From Rebecca billardiae RCC1528 (taxonomy: Eukaryota > Protista > Haptophyta), in contig OZ251255.1 in NCBI GenBank assembly GCA_965240325.2, positions 434,001 to 498,000 on the forward strand: DNA of 64,000 nucleotides, given 5' to 3'. Made by a program: the position numbers and the translations under genes. The first letter of the stretch is position 1. Each line of letters begins with the position of its first letter. Below the pieces are notes generated by a model, which worked only from the letters and a program-made list of their open reading frames with translations, was not told the origin of the DNA and searched no databases. Below, one piece after another: positions 62,154-64,000 of this stretch.

Positions 62154-62582
62154 ATGGTGCGCGCTGCACGCTGCGCGCCCCCCCCGCGCCTGGCCGCGCG
62201 GGGCGCCGAGCGCGGAGCGCGCCGCCGTGGCCGGGGCGTGCGATGCAGCCAGTGCTCTCGCGCAGGCTGTGGCGCGCCGCGCATCGCGCCGCTCGCCCCC
62301 GATCCGCTGCGATCGGACGCGGACTGCGGCGGCGGAGCGCCCACGCCTCACCGCGCCGCGCGCCCGCCCGCGCCTGGCGCCGCGCAGGATCAACCGGTGA
62401 AGCTGTGCAAGGTGACGAAGGTGCTCGGCCGCACCGGCCAGACCGGCCAGGTCACGCAGGTCCGCGTCGAGTTCCTCGACGACCCCGCGCGCTCGATCAT
62501 CCGCAACGTGAAGGGGCCCGTCCGCGAGGGCGACATCCTGATGCTGCTGGAGTGGGAGCGCGAGGCGAGGCGACTCCGATAA
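62154..62582 (+). CDS. RPS28: 40S ribosomal protein S28 (eS28)
   Basis: ATG-only first exon, intron 62157..62387, then [51 protein letters not shown]. Confidence 0.97.
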   Translation: MVRAARCAPPPRLAARGAERGARRRGRGVRCSQCSRAGCGAPRIAPLAPDPLRSDADCGGGAPTPHRAARPPAPGAAQDQPVKLCKVTKVLGRTGQTGQVTQVRVEFLDDPARSIIRNVKGPVREGDILMLLEWEREARRLR

Positions 62583-62667
62583 GCGCGCCGCGTGCGGACG
62601 GCCGCCGCGGCCGCGCCGCGCGCCACGCCGGGCGCGCCGCGGGCCCACGCCCGACGGACGCGCTCGA

Positions 62668-62712
<45 letters not shown>

Positions 62713-64000
62713 TTGCCTGAGCCTCGCTTGGCGCGGTCGTCGCCGGAGCGGACGAGCGACGCGTGTGTGCTCGCGGCGCGGTGCGTCGGGTGCTCGTGGT
62801 TTGCCTCGTGCTGCCGTGGCATCGCAGCTGCTCCCGCGCGTCGGTGGCCTCGGCGTGCGTGTGCGCACCGCTCCTGGAGGCCGGGCCGGGGCCACCGGAG
62901 GCCATCGGGTGCACAGGCGTGCGCCCGTGGCTGGAGTTGAGCTGGGTGGTGGGCTGTGTGACTGCGCGGGCCGGCGGGGCGTTCGACGGGATTGCTCGTG
63001 CTGCACGGCGCATGGCGGGTTGCAGATGGCCGTCCGCTGCGACCTAATGCACCACGCTGCGCGTGGCCTCCTCACAGATTCGCCTCCGAGGCTGCTACTG
63101 CTAGTGCTGCCGAAGTGATTTCGGTCCGCGGGCGCGGCCGAGCCGGGCGCCCGCCGGGCTGGTTGGTACCTGCGCGTCGTCGTTCTGCGTGACTCAGATC
63201 GAATGAACGCGGGCGCGCCGCGGCCACTGGCACATCACTCGCAGTATTCACGAGCTGATGATGCTGCTGCTCAAATTATATATACTTATTATAATTGTTT
63301 AATTGTTTTATTGTCAATGGGCCCCTGATGATTCACAATGGCGATCTCGGCAACAGTAGTAGGGGAGATACACGATCTGATGAGACCGCACCGCGCCACG
63401 GCAGCACGCACAGGCACTAGCCACTACGACTACTGATGAGTATATATATATACTACGACGACTGCTGTACGACGCTACTCTCAACTCTGTCCGAGTTGGA
63501 CTGTAGCGCGCAGTCGTTATCAATATCAGTGCTCGGTGATGCCATTCCCCATTGGCGCATTGCAGGCCGCGGGCATATCGAATAACCGCGCTGAGTCGAT
63601 GCGCGAGTATATACCGGCTACTGTAAGCAAGCCGTGTAGCAGCAGATCGCGAGCAGCAGCGGTTGCAACGGTTGTGATCGAATAATAATTATAAGTAATT
63701 GTCCGACGACATACCGTCATTTAGCCGCCATCATAATATTCATAACAAGTCCTTGACGTTTGGCTGAATCTGTATGTGACACAGAGTGACTAGTGAGAGT
63801 GGCGCAGCTGGCGTGCGCGGCACGACCGCGCGACGCGGCGCGCGGAGTCGGATTTGATTGAGTCGTGCTTCCGACGGCTGGGCTGGGCTCTGGGACATAT
63901 TTATTTGTAAGTGATGACTCCGCAAGCGCCACGCTCGTCAGACACCTACATATGGCATGCTGGTTGTCGAAATCACAGTAAATCAATGGCGGGCTGCTGT

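Noticed and set aside
63200-64000. Short ORFs in the AT-richer tail
   Set aside because: No coding bias or motifs; treated as intergenic.

Overview
Very GC-rich, gene-dense eukaryotic DNA with short spliceosomal introns (GT-AG plus at least one GC-AG) and TTAGGG-type repeats. A haptophyte-like alga is inferred but not proven. The window starts inside a Mutator (MULE) transposase gene whose long ORF also carries a 2OG-Fe(II) dioxygenase-like domain. It also holds two non-autonomous TIR DNA transposons and about 16 host genes: a TM RING-H2 E3, a PWI/RGG protein, an ABCG transporter with an EF-hand, an F-box/RCC1 protein, a Hyp O-arabinosyltransferase, a TKL kinase, a sulfotransferase-like protein, an EI24/CysZ-like protein, a STAS-less SulP, SmB, RPS28 and others. 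The most notable observations are: (i) three membrane-tethered proteins with a TIR/HET-like domain that keeps the conserved Glu (two multi-TM, one N-myristoylated with LRRs), resembling an undescribed immune or signalling receptor family; (ii) the MULE transposase and dioxygenase in one ORF; (iii) two C/D-box snoRNAs in SmB intron 1 with readable rRNA guides; (iv) a tandem pseudogene decayed by micro-duplications. Most ORFs in the supplied track are GC-driven shadow frames. All calls come from reading motifs by eye; no searches were run.
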